Of a DNA stretch of 64,000 nt, positions 46,022 through 55,361 are shown piece after piece. Position numbers and translations under genes: made by a program. The notes below the pieces were generated by a model. The model saw only the letters and a program-made list of their open reading frames with translations, had not been told where the DNA came from and did no database searches. Within the stretch, counting starts at the first letter, position 1; each line of letters starts with the position of its first letter. This DNA is from a virus, in the UHGV virus genome UHGV-0468246, one strand, 5' to 3'.

Positions 46022-47953
46022 CTAGACTGCGGTGGTGCCGTTGATGGAGAACTTGATGTAGATGCGGTTGATGCCGTAGGTCGGCGTGTACCCCAAGCTG
46101 ATGTTCACCTGCGTGGGGTCGGTCGCATCCTGCTCCACCGACGGGTCGGTGTACTCGGTCAGGTACCCGTCGGTCTGCATGCGCGACAGGAGCGCGGCGG
46201 TGCTGGACTTGATGTCGAGGAGCACCTGCGCGGTGGCGACAGAGCCGATGAAGCCCGACGCGAACGCGCGGCGCAGCGACTTCACGATGTAGAGCTTGCA
46301 CATCTGGATGTTCAGCTCGCGCTTGACGACGGACGCGGTGGACGTGGTGATTCCTTGGATGACCGTCATGGCCGCGTTGATGTAGTCGATGAACAGAAGG
46401 CCGTTGTTCACTTGGTTCGTCTTGACCGTGGTGGTGAACGTCTCGTTCGGGCCGTACAGCCCGAGCACCTTCTTGTGCGTGAGCGGGTTGTACTGCGCCA
46501 TGGATGACGCGAGACCGGCGACCGCCGCCGCGCCGTAGAAACCGGCGATTGCCTCGACCACGTTGGTCTGGCGGTTGCGGAACTGGAACGTCGCGGGCGA
46601 GACCAGAACGCAGTCCTCGCTCGCGATGGACTTCGCGTAGGCGATCATCTGGTCGGAGGTCACGGCCTCCTCGGTGCCGTCAGCGCCCATGAACGCTATG
46701 CGCTCGTCCGCGTTCTCCTTCATGGTGCGGATGTGCGCCTGCGCGGCGTTCCACACCTCCGGTGAGCCGGACACGGGGACAACGATGTCGATTCCCGAGA
46801 CCTTGGTAAGCTGCTCGAACGCGTCCTCGAACGACTGGACGGTGTAGGTCGCGGCGCTGCCGCCCTGCGTGGCCGGGTTGCACGCAGCCGCGTAGAAGCC
46901 CGACAGGCCGCACAGGGACGCGATGTAGATCGCGAGGGACAGCGGGGACTGCACGTTGCCCGCAGCGTCCCACGGCACGCCGTACACGTCGATGCACTCG
47001 TTGTAGGACGCGAAGTACTGCGGTGCGGTGTAAGCGTCCCCCTTGTAGTTGTACGAAACGACAACGCGGTCGCCGCTGCGGATGCCGCAATAGGCGTACG
47101 CGGCGTACATGTAGTTGCCCTTCGATTCGTCGAACGTCGGGATGCGGCTCGACGGCGTGCGCGATATGCGCCCCGTCTGGTAGTCCACAACGAAGTCGAT
47201 GCCCTCGACGTATCCGCCCTCGACCTGACCGCTGCCGTTGCCGTCCGGGGTGTCGCCGTAGGCGTTGCCGTCGGTCGCGCTGGACACGATGACCACGGTG
47301 CTCTCGCCCGATTCGTCCTTCGACACGTAGGGGTGGGAGAGCGTGTAGGCCGCCTCGCCGTTGAGCTGGACAGGCTCCGCCGTCGCCCAGTCGAACGATA
47401 TGGACAGATTGGTGTTGTTCGCCAGCGCCCCGCCGATCTTGGACGAGAACGTGCCCGTCTGGTAGTTGATGATGTAGTCGGTTCCCTCCACGTAGGTCTT
47501 AGACTGGTCGTCCTTGACCACGACCGTACCGGCGATGACGAAGCCCGCGATGGGGTTGTTCTCGCCGTCGAAGAGGATGGAGAAGCTGGGCTGCGCGGAG
47601 AAATAGGTGTACTGCTTCTCCGTCACGGTATTCTTCGTGGTTGTGCTGCGCAGCAGCTTTCGCGCGATTGTCGCCTTCTGGTCTGCGCCCTGCACGACGG
47701 TGTAGTCCTGCTCGTTCACGAACTGAACGCCGCTGGACGCACTTGTGACGGTGTAGCTGTCGGCTATAACGCCCGCGTTGTTCAGCGGCACAGCGGTCAC
47801 GCCTTCGAGCGTGATCTGCTGCGTGGCCGTGCGGAAGCCGATTGCGGGGCCGACGAAAGCGACCACGGCGTTCCCACCCACTGTGGTATTCAGACGGGGG
47901 CCTTCTACTTCCTCCGTGTAGATACCCGGCAGCGAGTTGTTCAAATCAGCCAT
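46022..47953 (-). CDS. contractile tail sheath protein
   Basis: Start MADLNNSLPGIYTEEV (sheath-like N-terminus) with RBS GAAGGAGAG; 643 aa. Confidence 0.8.
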   Translation of the reverse strand: MADLNNSLPGIYTEEVEGPRLNTTVGGNAVVAFVGPAIGFRTATQQITLEGVTAVPLNNAGVIADSYTVTSASSGVQFVNEQDYTVVQGADQKATIARKLLRSTTTKNTVTEKQYTYFSAQPSFSILFDGENNPIAGFVIAGTVVVKDDQSKTYVEGTDYIINYQTGTFSSKIGGALANNTNLSISFDWATAEPVQLNGEAAYTLSHPYVSKDESGESTVVIVSSATDGNAYGDTPDGNGSGQVEGGYVEGIDFVVDYQTGRISRTPSSRIPTFDESKGNYMYAAYAYCGIRSGDRVVVSYNYKGDAYTAPQYFASYNECIDVYGVPWDAAGNVQSPLSLAIYIASLCGLSGFYAAACNPATQGGSAATYTVQSFEDAFEQLTKVSGIDIVVPVSGSPEVWNAAQAHIRTMKENADERIAFMGADGTEEAVTSDQMIAYAKSIASEDCVLVSPATFQFRNRQTNVVEAIAGFYGAAAVAGLASSMAQYNPLTHKKVLGLYGPNETFTTTVKTNQVNNGLLFIDYINAAMTVIQGITTSTASVVKRELNIQMCKLYIVKSLRRAFASGFIGSVATAQVLLDIKSSTAALLSRMQTDGYLTEYTDPSVEQDATDPTQVNISLGYTPTYGINRIYIKFSINGTTAV

Positions 47954-48027
47954 GGGTACTCTCCTTCGATTGCTCGACATTGACAATGACCCCATTTTAG
48001 ACGAGAAAGATGCCCTCCGCCATGCCC

Positions 48028-48717
48028 TTAGATCGCAGGCTCGACGAACATGCCCTCCTCCGCCTGCTTCTCGCCCGTGATTATCACGTCAAGCTCGTCG
48101 GCGTCTATCATGAGATGCAGCTTGATCTTCTCGATGAACGTGGGGTTCACGCGGTCGATGTAGTAGAACTCGCCGCGCACCTTGAACGAGAACTGCTTGA
48201 ACACCGTCACCAAATCGTCGTCCCACGGAGTGCCCTTGCTGTCGTTGTTCGTGGTGTTCGATAGCGTCGCCATGTTAGGCTCTATGTTCACGTACGGGTT
48301 GTCCCGCAGGCACTGGCGGTACTTCGGGTCGATTCCGATTCCGCTCACGATGCAGTCGGCGAGGATGGCACCCTCGACGGGGGAGTTCGCGTACACGTCG
48401 ATGGTGACCCTGCCGCTGAAAACGTAGGCCGCGACATCGACCCTGCCGCCGGTGCTCTTGTCGGTCACCATGACCCACTCGTTCGGGGCGGCTGGCTGGA
48501 AGTCCTCGTTCACGTAGCCCACGCGGACGTAGGGCCACGCCTCGGCCACGATGGGGTAGTCCGATTCGACCTTCAGGTCTTTGTAGCCGTGGACGGCCAC
48601 CATCTCGGGGGATTGCAGGAACTTCCTGATGCTGTCGGTCGCAGCCGTAAGGCAGCTGTAGAAGTACCCCACGTGCTTCGGCTCGTGCCATACCATGTGC
48701 CCGTCGTTACTCATCAA
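48028..48717 (-). CDS. neck/tail-completion region protein (hypothetical)
   Basis: 229-aa track ORF upstream of the sheath gene. Confidence 0.4.
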   Translation of the reverse strand: MMSNDGHMVWHEPKHVGYFYSCLTAATDSIRKFLQSPEMVAVHGYKDLKVESDYPIVAEAWPYVRVGYVNEDFQPAAPNEWVMVTDKSTGGRVDVAAYVFSGRVTIDVYANSPVEGAILADCIVSGIGIDPKYRQCLRDNPYVNIEPNMATLSNTTNNDSKGTPWDDDLVTVFKQFSFKVRGEFYYIDRVNPTFIEKIKLHLMIDADELDVIITGEKQAEEGMFVEPAI

Positions 48718-50326
48718 TCCACTCCATCATCCCGCCGACGAAGGCGTAGTCTATGTCCTCGCTGTGCATCGCTATCGCGTCGTCTATCGCGTCGGCGATG
48801 AACTGCACGGGGCCGTGGCCCGGATGCACCCAGCTCCTCGATTGGCGCGTCTCCGGCATAAGCTCGCCGTCCTGACCGCGCACCCAGTACGTCTTCTCGC
48901 CCTTGCGCCACTGGTTGATGTTCGTCACCTTGCGGAACACGAGCTGGCCGCCGATCACCATGGGGACGGTGTTGTGCGTGACTATGTAATCGTTCGTGAC
49001 GTACAACCCGTCCGCGCTATCGACGAGGATGCAACGGCACTCCTCGCGTCCGGAAAAGGAAACGCTCTTGAATCTCCTGCACCAACACTTTGCGCTCTGA
49101 TGCGCAACGTTGTCAAGATAGCGCTTCAGCTTCTTTTCGTAAGGGGCGAGGAACGGCACAACGCCGTTGTCGAACCTCATCTCGACGATGTACGCCACAC
49201 CGTTTCGATATTTGCCGCTGCGCCTGTCCTCGTGAATATACGCATGGCCTCCGAGCGAAAGCGCTAGGCTCCGCACCTGCACCGCGAGGTCGCGGCACAC
49301 CGTGGTGTACTGGCATATCGCACCGCGAGCGGCGCACGAGCCGTCCGTGTCCATGAGGCCCTGCAATAGAAGGACGCGATCTTCGACGCACGAAAGCATG
49401 TACTCTTCTGGGATGGTCTTGCCGTATGCGTCATGCCCCCATAGTCCGAGCGACCTGAACGCATCTATGAGCGGCGATGTCGAATTGCCGCCGCGCCCCC
49501 AACGCGACGGCGCGGCATTGTAGCCGGGAGCGCCGCACGCCAACGCTATTCTAGCTCCATCTTCAGCGACCGCATGGGGGGTGACGCACTCCGGCACGAA
49601 CCTCATGAACGTGTCGATGCCAGCCCCGTCATAACAGCAGAAGTACGGATACGGCCCCCGGAGGCATCCATCGCCTATCATCGCTCCGACAAAATATGGA
49701 TGCAATGGAAGATCGCGCTTGTCGAACATGATCTTCGGGGCAAGACGGATGCGCCAGCTATCGCCGTGCGTCCTCCCTATCCTTCCCATGAAGTCTTCTA
49801 ACGGCATCACCCGATCATCGACCCATGCCCCGTTGCGCCTGACAGACCATAAGTGCTCTTTCGTGCATCTTGTATGGCCGCCGTCCGTGAACTCGACATC
49901 GTAAACGTCGCACATGCCCTGATCGTAAACATCGATCACCTTCACAGGCGCTCCGTCCGAGCCGATGACCAAGCATCCCGGCTCTATCTCCCCCATCGGC
50001 TTGAAGCCGTCGGGCGTGAGCACCGGCTCCGAGAGCGGCTGCGCCTTCCCGTACAGGCTCTTCATCGGGAACGTCTGGAAGCCGTTCTCTTGGTAGATGA
50101 GGTAGTGGTGCTCCGGCACGATGCCGACACCCGCGTAGCCAGCCGCGTAGTCGGGCGACGGGTAGAACGCCATCCTGCCGCCCTTGAACGTGGCGAATAT
50201 GCCGCTTCCGTACTCCGCCGCGAGGTCGCATGCGGTCTCCGAAACCATGTCGAGCACGCGGTTCGCCAGACTTGTCCCGGTTAGGGGCATGTCGGCGTAA
50301 ACGTCCTCGATCACTCGCTCGTCCAC
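48707..50326 (-). CDS. virion neck/tail-terminator region protein interrupted by an intein
   Basis: N-extein 94 aa (…FPMKSLYGK) and C-extein 87 aa (TVPMVIGGQLVF…) flank a 358-aa intein. Confidence 0.6.
   Translation of the reverse strand: MDERVIEDVYADMPLTGTSLANRVLDMVSETACDLAAEYGSGIFATFKGGRMAFYPSPDYAAGYAGVGIVPEHHYLIYQENGFQTFPMKSLYGKAQPLSEPVLTPDGFKPMGEIEPGCLVIGSDGAPVKVIDVYDQGMCDVYDVEFTDGGHTRCTKEHLWSVRRNGAWVDDRVMPLEDFMGRIGRTHGDSWRIRLAPKIMFDKRDLPLHPYFVGAMIGDGCLRGPYPYFCCYDGAGIDTFMRFVPECVTPHAVAEDGARIALACGAPGYNAAPSRWGRGGNSTSPLIDAFRSLGLWGHDAYGKTIPEEYMLSCVEDRVLLLQGLMDTDGSCAARGAICQYTTVCRDLAVQVRSLALSLGGHAYIHEDRRSGKYRNGVAYIVEMRFDNGVVPFLAPYEKKLKRYLDNVAHQSAKCWCRRFKSVSFSGREECRCILVDSADGLYVTNDYIVTHNTVPMVIGGQLVFRKVTNINQWRKGEKTYWVRGQDGELMPETRQSRSWVHPGHGPVQFIADAIDDAIAMHSEDIDYAFVGGMMEWIDE
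48971..50044 (-). mobile_element. intein (Ala1 ... THN / Thr+1; class-3-like) with LAGLIDADG homing endonuclease, paralog of the dnaB intein
   Basis: Starts AQPLSEPVLTPDGFKPMGEI, ends NDYIVTHN|T. EHLW and block-F Cys (EECRCILV). LAGLIDADG motifs FVGAMIGDGC and LLQGLMDTDGS. The boundary blocks align closely with the dnaB intein. Confidence 0.7.
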
Positions 50327-50336
50327 GGGGAGCCTC

Positions 50337-51050
50337 CTACGGCCAAGACGGCTCGGACTGCCACTTGCCGCCGCTCTGGTTGTCGGAGTTCATGAGCTGC
50401 GGCGGGTCGCACACGTGGTCGCGCGACACCGTGAGCGAGTGCGGAGCGCCGCCCCACAGCTCGTCGGAATAGCGGAAGTCGGTAGGGAGCAGCAGCTTCG
50501 CCGTCCCGCTCTGCGACACGAGCATGCGCTGCAAGTTGGTCGTCATCTCGGTGTTGTTCGACGACACAACGCCCTGAATCGTCTGGTACTTCACGGGGCC
50601 GTCCAGCTGGAAGATGCGACCGCGAAGCGTCACGAGCGTGCCGGTCATCTCCAACACCTCGCACAGCAGGTCGCCGTCGTGGTAGATCGGCTCGACCGCC
50701 ATCTTCACCGTAACGTCGAACTTCTCGCGCGTGCCGTGGTTGTCGTACTCGGTGTTGTCGCTGCCGTTCTCGTTCACCACCATGCGGCGCATCTCCAAAG
50801 GGCGGTAGCCTCCGTCGAACGTCGTGCCGTAGCAGTTCGGGCAGTCGTTCGGTCGCTTCGACTGGTGGTTCACCTCGTCCCAGCAGACCGGGCAGCGCTT
50901 CACGAGGCCGTCCGCTAGGTCTTGCAGCGTCCACATGCGGCGCACGAGCCACGTTGAGCCGCACAGCCTCATGCCGTCCTCGACGGCCTTCCTCGTGTAG
51001 AGGACTTCGCGGGAGACGTGCCCCGCATCCCAGTAGGCGACCCGTCCCAT
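50337..51050 (-). CDS. head-tail joining region protein with zinc ribbon (hypothetical)
   Basis: 237 aa; CPVCWDEV…CPNCYG zinc-ribbon motif. Confidence 0.4.
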   Translation of the reverse strand: MGRVAYWDAGHVSREVLYTRKAVEDGMRLCGSTWLVRRMWTLQDLADGLVKRCPVCWDEVNHQSKRPNDCPNCYGTTFDGGYRPLEMRRMVVNENGSDNTEYDNHGTREKFDVTVKMAVEPIYHDGDLLCEVLEMTGTLVTLRGRIFQLDGPVKYQTIQGVVSSNNTEMTTNLQRMLVSQSGTAKLLLPTDFRYSDELWGGAPHSLTVSRDHVCDPPQLMNSDNQSGGKWQSEPSWP

Positions 51051-51051
51051 C

Positions 51052-51624
51052 CTAGCGCCCCCACCAAGGCAGGGCCTTCTCGTAGGAGCGGAAGAAGGGC
51101 CATCCCAGAGAGGCGTAGGGGGTGGATGCCCAGTCGATGAGCGCGATGGTGTTGTGCGCCGCGCTCATGTCCTGAAGGACGGTGGACAGCTTCTTGCCCG
51201 CCTCCTTCAGCTGGTTCTGGTAGTCGGTCAGCACGGACTGCCAGCGGTTGAGGTAGTCGCGGCGCACCACGTCCGGCGCGCCGACGCGGGACGTGTCCGG
51301 TATCTCGACGTAGCCGATTATGTACTGGCGTATTATCTCGATCTTCAAGGCGACCTCGAACGCCGCCGACAGGAATGGAACCGCCCACGGGAACGACTGC
51401 ATGTCCCAGTTCGCGCTGGGGTGCATGCAGTACGTCATGAGGGTGCCGAGCGCCGCCGGGACGAGCGCAGCGTCAGCGTCGATGCTGTACGGCGTTACCT
51501 CTTCCAGAAACGGCCCCCAGTCGTTGTTGTCGAACTGCATGGTGAAGTAGGCGGCGACGTTGCGCACCGCCGACTGCGCGCCCTCCGGCAGGTCTGCGAA
51601 CTTTATGCTTCCCTCTATCTCCAT
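51052..51624 (-). CDS. head-tail connector/adaptor-like protein (hypothetical)
   Basis: 190-aa track ORF downstream of the capsid genes. Confidence 0.4.
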   Translation of the reverse strand: MEIEGSIKFADLPEGAQSAVRNVAAYFTMQFDNNDWGPFLEEVTPYSIDADAALVPAALGTLMTYCMHPSANWDMQSFPWAVPFLSAAFEVALKIEIIRQYIIGYVEIPDTSRVGAPDVVRRDYLNRWQSVLTDYQNQLKEAGKKLSTVLQDMSAAHNTIALIDWASTPYASLGWPFFRSYEKALPWWGR

Positions 51625-51654
51625 GGTGCAGGCTCCTTCCCGCCGCGCCCAGAA

Positions 51655-52236
51655 CTACTCGTTGTCGAACACGGGACGCGCGTCTGCGGGCGCGAGGGGC
51701 GACGTGGCGGCCTCTGCGGGCTTGGAAGCGTCCGAACCCTCTCCTTCTGCGTTCCCCGCCTCTGCGGGCTTCACAGGTGCCTCTGCGGGCTTCTTGGCGG
51801 CCTTCTCGTCGGCCTTCTTCGCCGCCGCGCCGGTCTTCGTCCACTTCCCGTCGATCAGCTCGTAGTCGTCGGGGTTCTCGTCCTTGTGGCGACCGCAGAA
51901 GCGCGGAGCGTCCTCGTACCTCTCGCCCTCCGCGAGCTGCACGACGGCGTTGCACGGGTTGCCGTTCTTGAACACTCCGGGGCAGTGCACGGTGGTAAGA
52001 ACCTCGGTGTCGCCCGCGTCGATGAGGTCGGCGACGGTCTCCTGCTCCTTCGCGGCCTTCGGCTTCTCGCCGTCCACGATCTCGACGTAGCCGAGCGACA
52101 CGAGCGTTCTGATCGCAGTGTCGTCCTCCTTCGCGTCGATCAGCGCCACGGTCTCGCCGGGTGCGATCTGGCGCTGGCGCTTGCCGTCGTTGTAGGCGAA
52201 GTTCTGGAATGTCTTGGACACGTTCTTCAAAAACAT
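51655..52236 (-). CDS. hypothetical protein with A/K/P/E-rich low-complexity C-terminal tail
   Basis: Start MFLKNVSKT with RBS GTAAGGAGAAAGCC; first gene after the capsid terminator. Confidence 0.45.
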   Translation of the reverse strand: MFLKNVSKTFQNFAYNDGKRQRQIAPGETVALIDAKEDDTAIRTLVSLGYVEIVDGEKPKAAKEQETVADLIDAGDTEVLTTVHCPGVFKNGNPCNAVVQLAEGERYEDAPRFCGRHKDENPDDYELIDGKWTKTGAAAKKADEKAAKKPAEAPVKPAEAGNAEGEGSDASKPAEAATSPLAPADARPVFDNE

Positions 52237-52318
52237 GGCTTTCTCCTTACTTGCGGGTTGACTTTCCCTTGGTTGCAAAGTCTACCTCAAAACGGGAAGA
52301 CGTGCGACATGCGCGGTG

Positions 52319-52334
52319 TCGATTAAATAATCGA
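52319..52334. promoter_or_regulatory. near-palindromic site TCGATTAAATAATCGA in the post-capsid intergenic region
   Basis: Lies next to a G9-CACGG element (52353-52361) and ~85 nt upstream of ATG 52236. Confidence 0.45.
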
Positions 52335-52352
52335 GGCCCTTGACAGGCCGTG

Positions 52353-52361
52353 CCCCCCCCC
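52353..52361 (-). repeat. G9 homopolymer (sense) in an intergenic leader, followed by CACGG as upstream of dnaE
   Basis: Sense ttatGGGGGGGGGcacggcctg, compared with ataGGGGGGGGGcacggaATG upstream of dnaE. Confidence 0.8.
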
Positions 52362-52416
52362 ATAACGGTTCCTTCGGGCGGCCAGATCAACATAGTCAGG
52401 CTCCCGACACCGGCGT

Positions 52417-52447
52417 AAAAAAAAAGAACCCCTCTCGCGAGGGGTTC
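52417..52447 (-). terminator. strong rho-independent terminator after the major capsid gene
   Basis: Sense hairpin gaacccctcgcgagaggggttc followed by T9. Confidence 0.8.
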
Positions 52448-52461
52448 TTCTCTTGCTGCGG

Positions 52462-53415
52462 TTAAGCTCCATTCAAGTCCATGCGGACGACACCGTAGGA
52501 GTTGGCGATGATCTCGTTGATGAGTTCGCTGTACACCCAGCCGATGGTGAAGTTCTCGGCCTTGGGGTTGTCCACGCCGTCGAGCTGCTTCAGAATCGGC
52601 ATCCAGCCAAGATACTCCGGCTCCGGAACGAGGTAAATCTTGTTCATCGGGCAGATGATCGAGGTCATGATGGAGAAGCGGCCCATCTTGGTGATCGGCT
52701 TGCCGTCCATCACGTCGTCGAGGAACTTAACGCCCGTGGTGTCGAGCTTCCACTTGTACAGGTCGTTCGCCGTCGCCGGGTTCATGATGACGCGGTTGGA
52801 CTGCAAGCGGTTCTGGATGGCGATCTTCTCGGCATCGTAGAACGCGCCGGGGTTGATCTCGCCGGTGACCGTGGTCACATGCGAGGTGAGGCCCGCCCAG
52901 TCCGGGTTTTCGGAGGTGATCTTGGACACGGCAGCGTCGAGCGAGGAGAACAGGTAGCCGTCCTCCTGCTCCATGATGCGCTGCTCGGCCTCGCCCTTGG
53001 CGTAGTCCACCATGTTGATGGCGAGCTTGTAGATGTCCTCCTCGGCGATCTGGGGGAACGCCGCGATGCGGATGACCTCGTAGCGTACGCGGTTGCCCTC
53101 GTACTGCGCGATCTTCACTTCGTTGTCGTGCGGTTGCAGCTTGTAGGCCGCGCCGAACTCGGTGGTGATGTCGTAGAACAGGCCAGCGCCCTGCGGCAGC
53201 GGGTCTTCCATCAGAACGGAGCGCACGATGCCCTCGTAGCGGAGACGCATGATGATCGGGCCTACCACGCCCTGCGCGACCTTGGTGGACGCGAGACGCA
53301 TGTCGTGGCGGTTGTCCGTCAGAATCTTGTTGAGCGCCGCCTGACGCTTCGCGGGGGACGACGGGTTCGCACCCATCTCCGCGACGATCTCGGCGGAAGT
53401 CTTAGGCATTGCCAT
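52462..53415 (-). CDS. major capsid protein (HK97-fold candidate)
   Basis: 317 aa, last gene before a strong terminator, preceded by scaffold-like genes. Confidence 0.6.
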   Translation of the reverse strand: MAMPKTSAEIVAEMGANPSSPAKRQAALNKILTDNRHDMRLASTKVAQGVVGPIIMRLRYEGIVRSVLMEDPLPQGAGLFYDITTEFGAAYKLQPHDNEVKIAQYEGNRVRYEVIRIAAFPQIAEEDIYKLAINMVDYAKGEAEQRIMEQEDGYLFSSLDAAVSKITSENPDWAGLTSHVTTVTGEINPGAFYDAEKIAIQNRLQSNRVIMNPATANDLYKWKLDTTGVKFLDDVMDGKPITKMGRFSIMTSIICPMNKIYLVPEPEYLGWMPILKQLDGVDNPKAENFTIGWVYSELINEIIANSYGVVRMDLNGA

Positions 53416-53439
53416 TTCTCTGCACCTTCCCTTCTTGTC

Positions 53440-53949
53440 TTAGCGGGCGAACGTGACGATGAGGGTGGAACCCTCCATGCCGAGCAGTTCGCAGATGGTG
53501 TTCTCGGTCTTGGTCTGCGGCGCGGTTTCGAGCGTGAGCAGGCCCTTGGCGTTGGACTTCAGGTAGACGTTCTTGCCAGCCTTCAGGTTGGCGATCTGCG
53601 CCGTCCAACCAGCGCCCGTGTCGTACGCCGGGGGATAGATGGCGAACTGGCTGTCTTCGCCGCCGACCCACACGCCCATCAGGTTGAGGCCGTTTTCGCG
53701 CACCTCGTCGATGTTCATGCCGGGAGCGCAGAAGCTGTCTGCGAGGCCGTAAGGGGCCTTCGTGCCGTCGCACAGGGTCACAACGCCGTTGCCGAGATAG
53801 GACATGACGCAGCCGGGGAGGATGTCTCCGGATGCGGCGGTGAACGTCGGGTCGAGCGTCATGGACTGGTTGGTGGCTTGGGTCTTCGCGTACAGCGGCT
53901 TGATGGTGCGGTGCTGCAAGGGGTTGTTGGCAGGAACCATGAGTGCCAT
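53440..53949 (-). CDS. capsid-associated small protein (decoration/auxiliary), paralog of 59488..60399
   Basis: Start MALMVPANNPLQHRTIKPLYAKTQATNQS with RBS AAAGGAG; its N-terminal motif is shared with MAIVSNFATQEHRTLKPLFTKTQATFQ of the 59488 gene. Confidence 0.4.
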   Translation of the reverse strand: MALMVPANNPLQHRTIKPLYAKTQATNQSMTLDPTFTAASGDILPGCVMSYLGNGVVTLCDGTKAPYGLADSFCAPGMNIDEVRENGLNLMGVWVGGEDSQFAIYPPAYDTGAGWTAQIANLKAGKNVYLKSNAKGLLTLETAPQTKTENTICELLGMEGSTLIVTFAR

Positions 53950-53972
53950 AGTAACCACTCCTTTCTTTCGTC

Positions 53973-54920
53973 TTAGTAGAGCGCACCGAGTTCGGTGCGG
54001 GTTGCGGATACGGCCTTGCTCGCGGTCTTCGCCGCGACGTGTCGGGCCGGTGCGACACCGGCGACGCGCTGGGCGCTGCCCACGGCGCGCAGCTTCTCGG
54101 TCGCCAGCTTCATGGCCTCGACGGAGTAGCGGTTGGCGTACTCCTCGCACACGGCGGCATCGCGCACCGTCGGGGCGAGGACACCTGCGGCCTTCTCGAC
54201 CTTCACGAGGTCGAGCGCGGCGCAGAACGTCGCCTTGGCGGCCTCCACGGACGCGGGCGGCTTAACGCCCTCGCCGTTGTCCTTGGTGGTGCCGTCGGGG
54301 GCGATGGACTTCTCTTCGAGGTCGTCGGAAACGGCGACCTCGGTTGCCGTGTCCTTCTGCGGAAGATCGGGGGCCTCTGCGGTGTCCTTCACGAGGTCGT
54401 CGGAGATTTCGCCGTCGGCGGTCTCCGCCTTCTTGCCGCGAGAGGCCACGCGCGCCCTGCGCGCCAGCTTCTTCTTCGACGCGCTGCGCTTGACAGCCGC
54501 TTCCACGGCATCCTCCACAGCGTCCTCGATGATCTCGGCCAGCTCCTCCTCCGGCAGCGCTGCGGCTTCCGGTATCGCATCGACGATGGCCTGCACGGCC
54601 TCGTCGGAAACGGCATCGGCAACGTCGTCTGCCACGTCCTCTTCCTCGTCATCCACGATGCGCTCGATCTCCTCGGCGTGCTCGTCCTGCGCGATCTTGT
54701 AGGCGCGGCGCTTCAGCTTGCGGGCGAATCGCTTTGCCTCCTTGTCGTCGTCGGTCACGTCCTTGGTCTCGGTCTCCGTGACTTCCTTGGTCTCGTCGTA
54801 ATCCTCTTGGGAAGTCTTGGCCGTGGGGCGAGCGGACTTGGGCATGGCGGATGCGTTCTTGCGCTTGGCAGCGATGGAGGCCAGCATAGACCTGCGCTGC
54901 TCTGCATTGAGCTTACCCAT
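53973..54920 (-). CDS. scaffolding-like protein (acidic, alpha-helical)
   Basis: Start MGKLNAEQRR; highly charged D/E/K-rich sequence typical of scaffold proteins; lies upstream of the capsid gene. Confidence 0.5.
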   Translation of the reverse strand: MGKLNAEQRRSMLASIAAKRKNASAMPKSARPTAKTSQEDYDETKEVTETETKDVTDDDKEAKRFARKLKRRAYKIAQDEHAEEIERIVDDEEEDVADDVADAVSDEAVQAIVDAIPEAAALPEEELAEIIEDAVEDAVEAAVKRSASKKKLARRARVASRGKKAETADGEISDDLVKDTAEAPDLPQKDTATEVAVSDDLEEKSIAPDGTTKDNGEGVKPPASVEAAKATFCAALDLVKVEKAAGVLAPTVRDAAVCEEYANRYSVEAMKLATEKLRAVGSAQRVAGVAPARHVAAKTASKAVSATRTELGALY

Positions 54921-55009
54921 GTAACGCTCCTTTCGTGAAACTAGTGTCTCCTGAACGTGCACGCATGGTGCACGGCTCCATTTTGACACATACAGAAAAT
55001 CGCGCAACA

Positions 55010-55040
55010 TAGAAAGCGCCCCTCCGAAGAGGGGCGCTGC
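55010..55040 (-). terminator. candidate rho-independent terminator
   Basis: Sense hairpin agcgcccctcttcggaggggcgct followed by a T-rich stretch, between the 55101 gene and the scaffold gene. Confidence 0.4.
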
Positions 55041-55100
55041 CGGTCTACCACTGGCCGTTCGGCTTATCAGGCTCGTTTCAACCCACGTCCTCACGGGCGA

Positions 55101-55349
55101 CTAATCGTAGAAGTACAGTATGCTGCTGTCGTCGGTCACCATCGACGGGCTTACGCCGCCCCTATCGACGAACGGGTCGAGCACGGGCGTTGTGAACACC
55201 GCGTCGCCCTTCACGAAGTAATGCTCGCCGTCGGCGTAGAACGTGTCGTCCCACCTCGTCGATTCGAGCGCGCGGACGAACGCGTTGTCCGCCGGGGTGC
55301 TCCTGTCCCAAGCATCACGCAGAAAATTGTAAAGTTCAAGGCTCGTCAT
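55101..55349 (-). CDS. small hypothetical protein
   Basis: 82-aa track ORF. Confidence 0.4.
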   Translation of the reverse strand: MTSLELYNFLRDAWDRSTPADNAFVRALESTRWDDTFYADGEHYFVKGDAVFTTPVLDPFVDRGGVSPSMVTDDSSILYFYD

Positions 55350-55361
55350 CGCAAGACCTCC

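Noticed and set aside
52417-52425. A9/T9 homopolymer that could be taken for another slippery or phase-variable tract
   Set aside because: It directly follows a strong GC hairpin on the transcribed strand and forms the U-tract of the rho-independent terminator after the capsid gene.
53440-54150. Track ORF start at 54150 implying a 175-bp overlap with the scaffold gene
   Set aside because: The upstream 67 codons are Arg-rich readthrough. A strong RBS (AAAGGAG) precedes the internal ATG at 53949, which gives a 169-aa protein without overlap.
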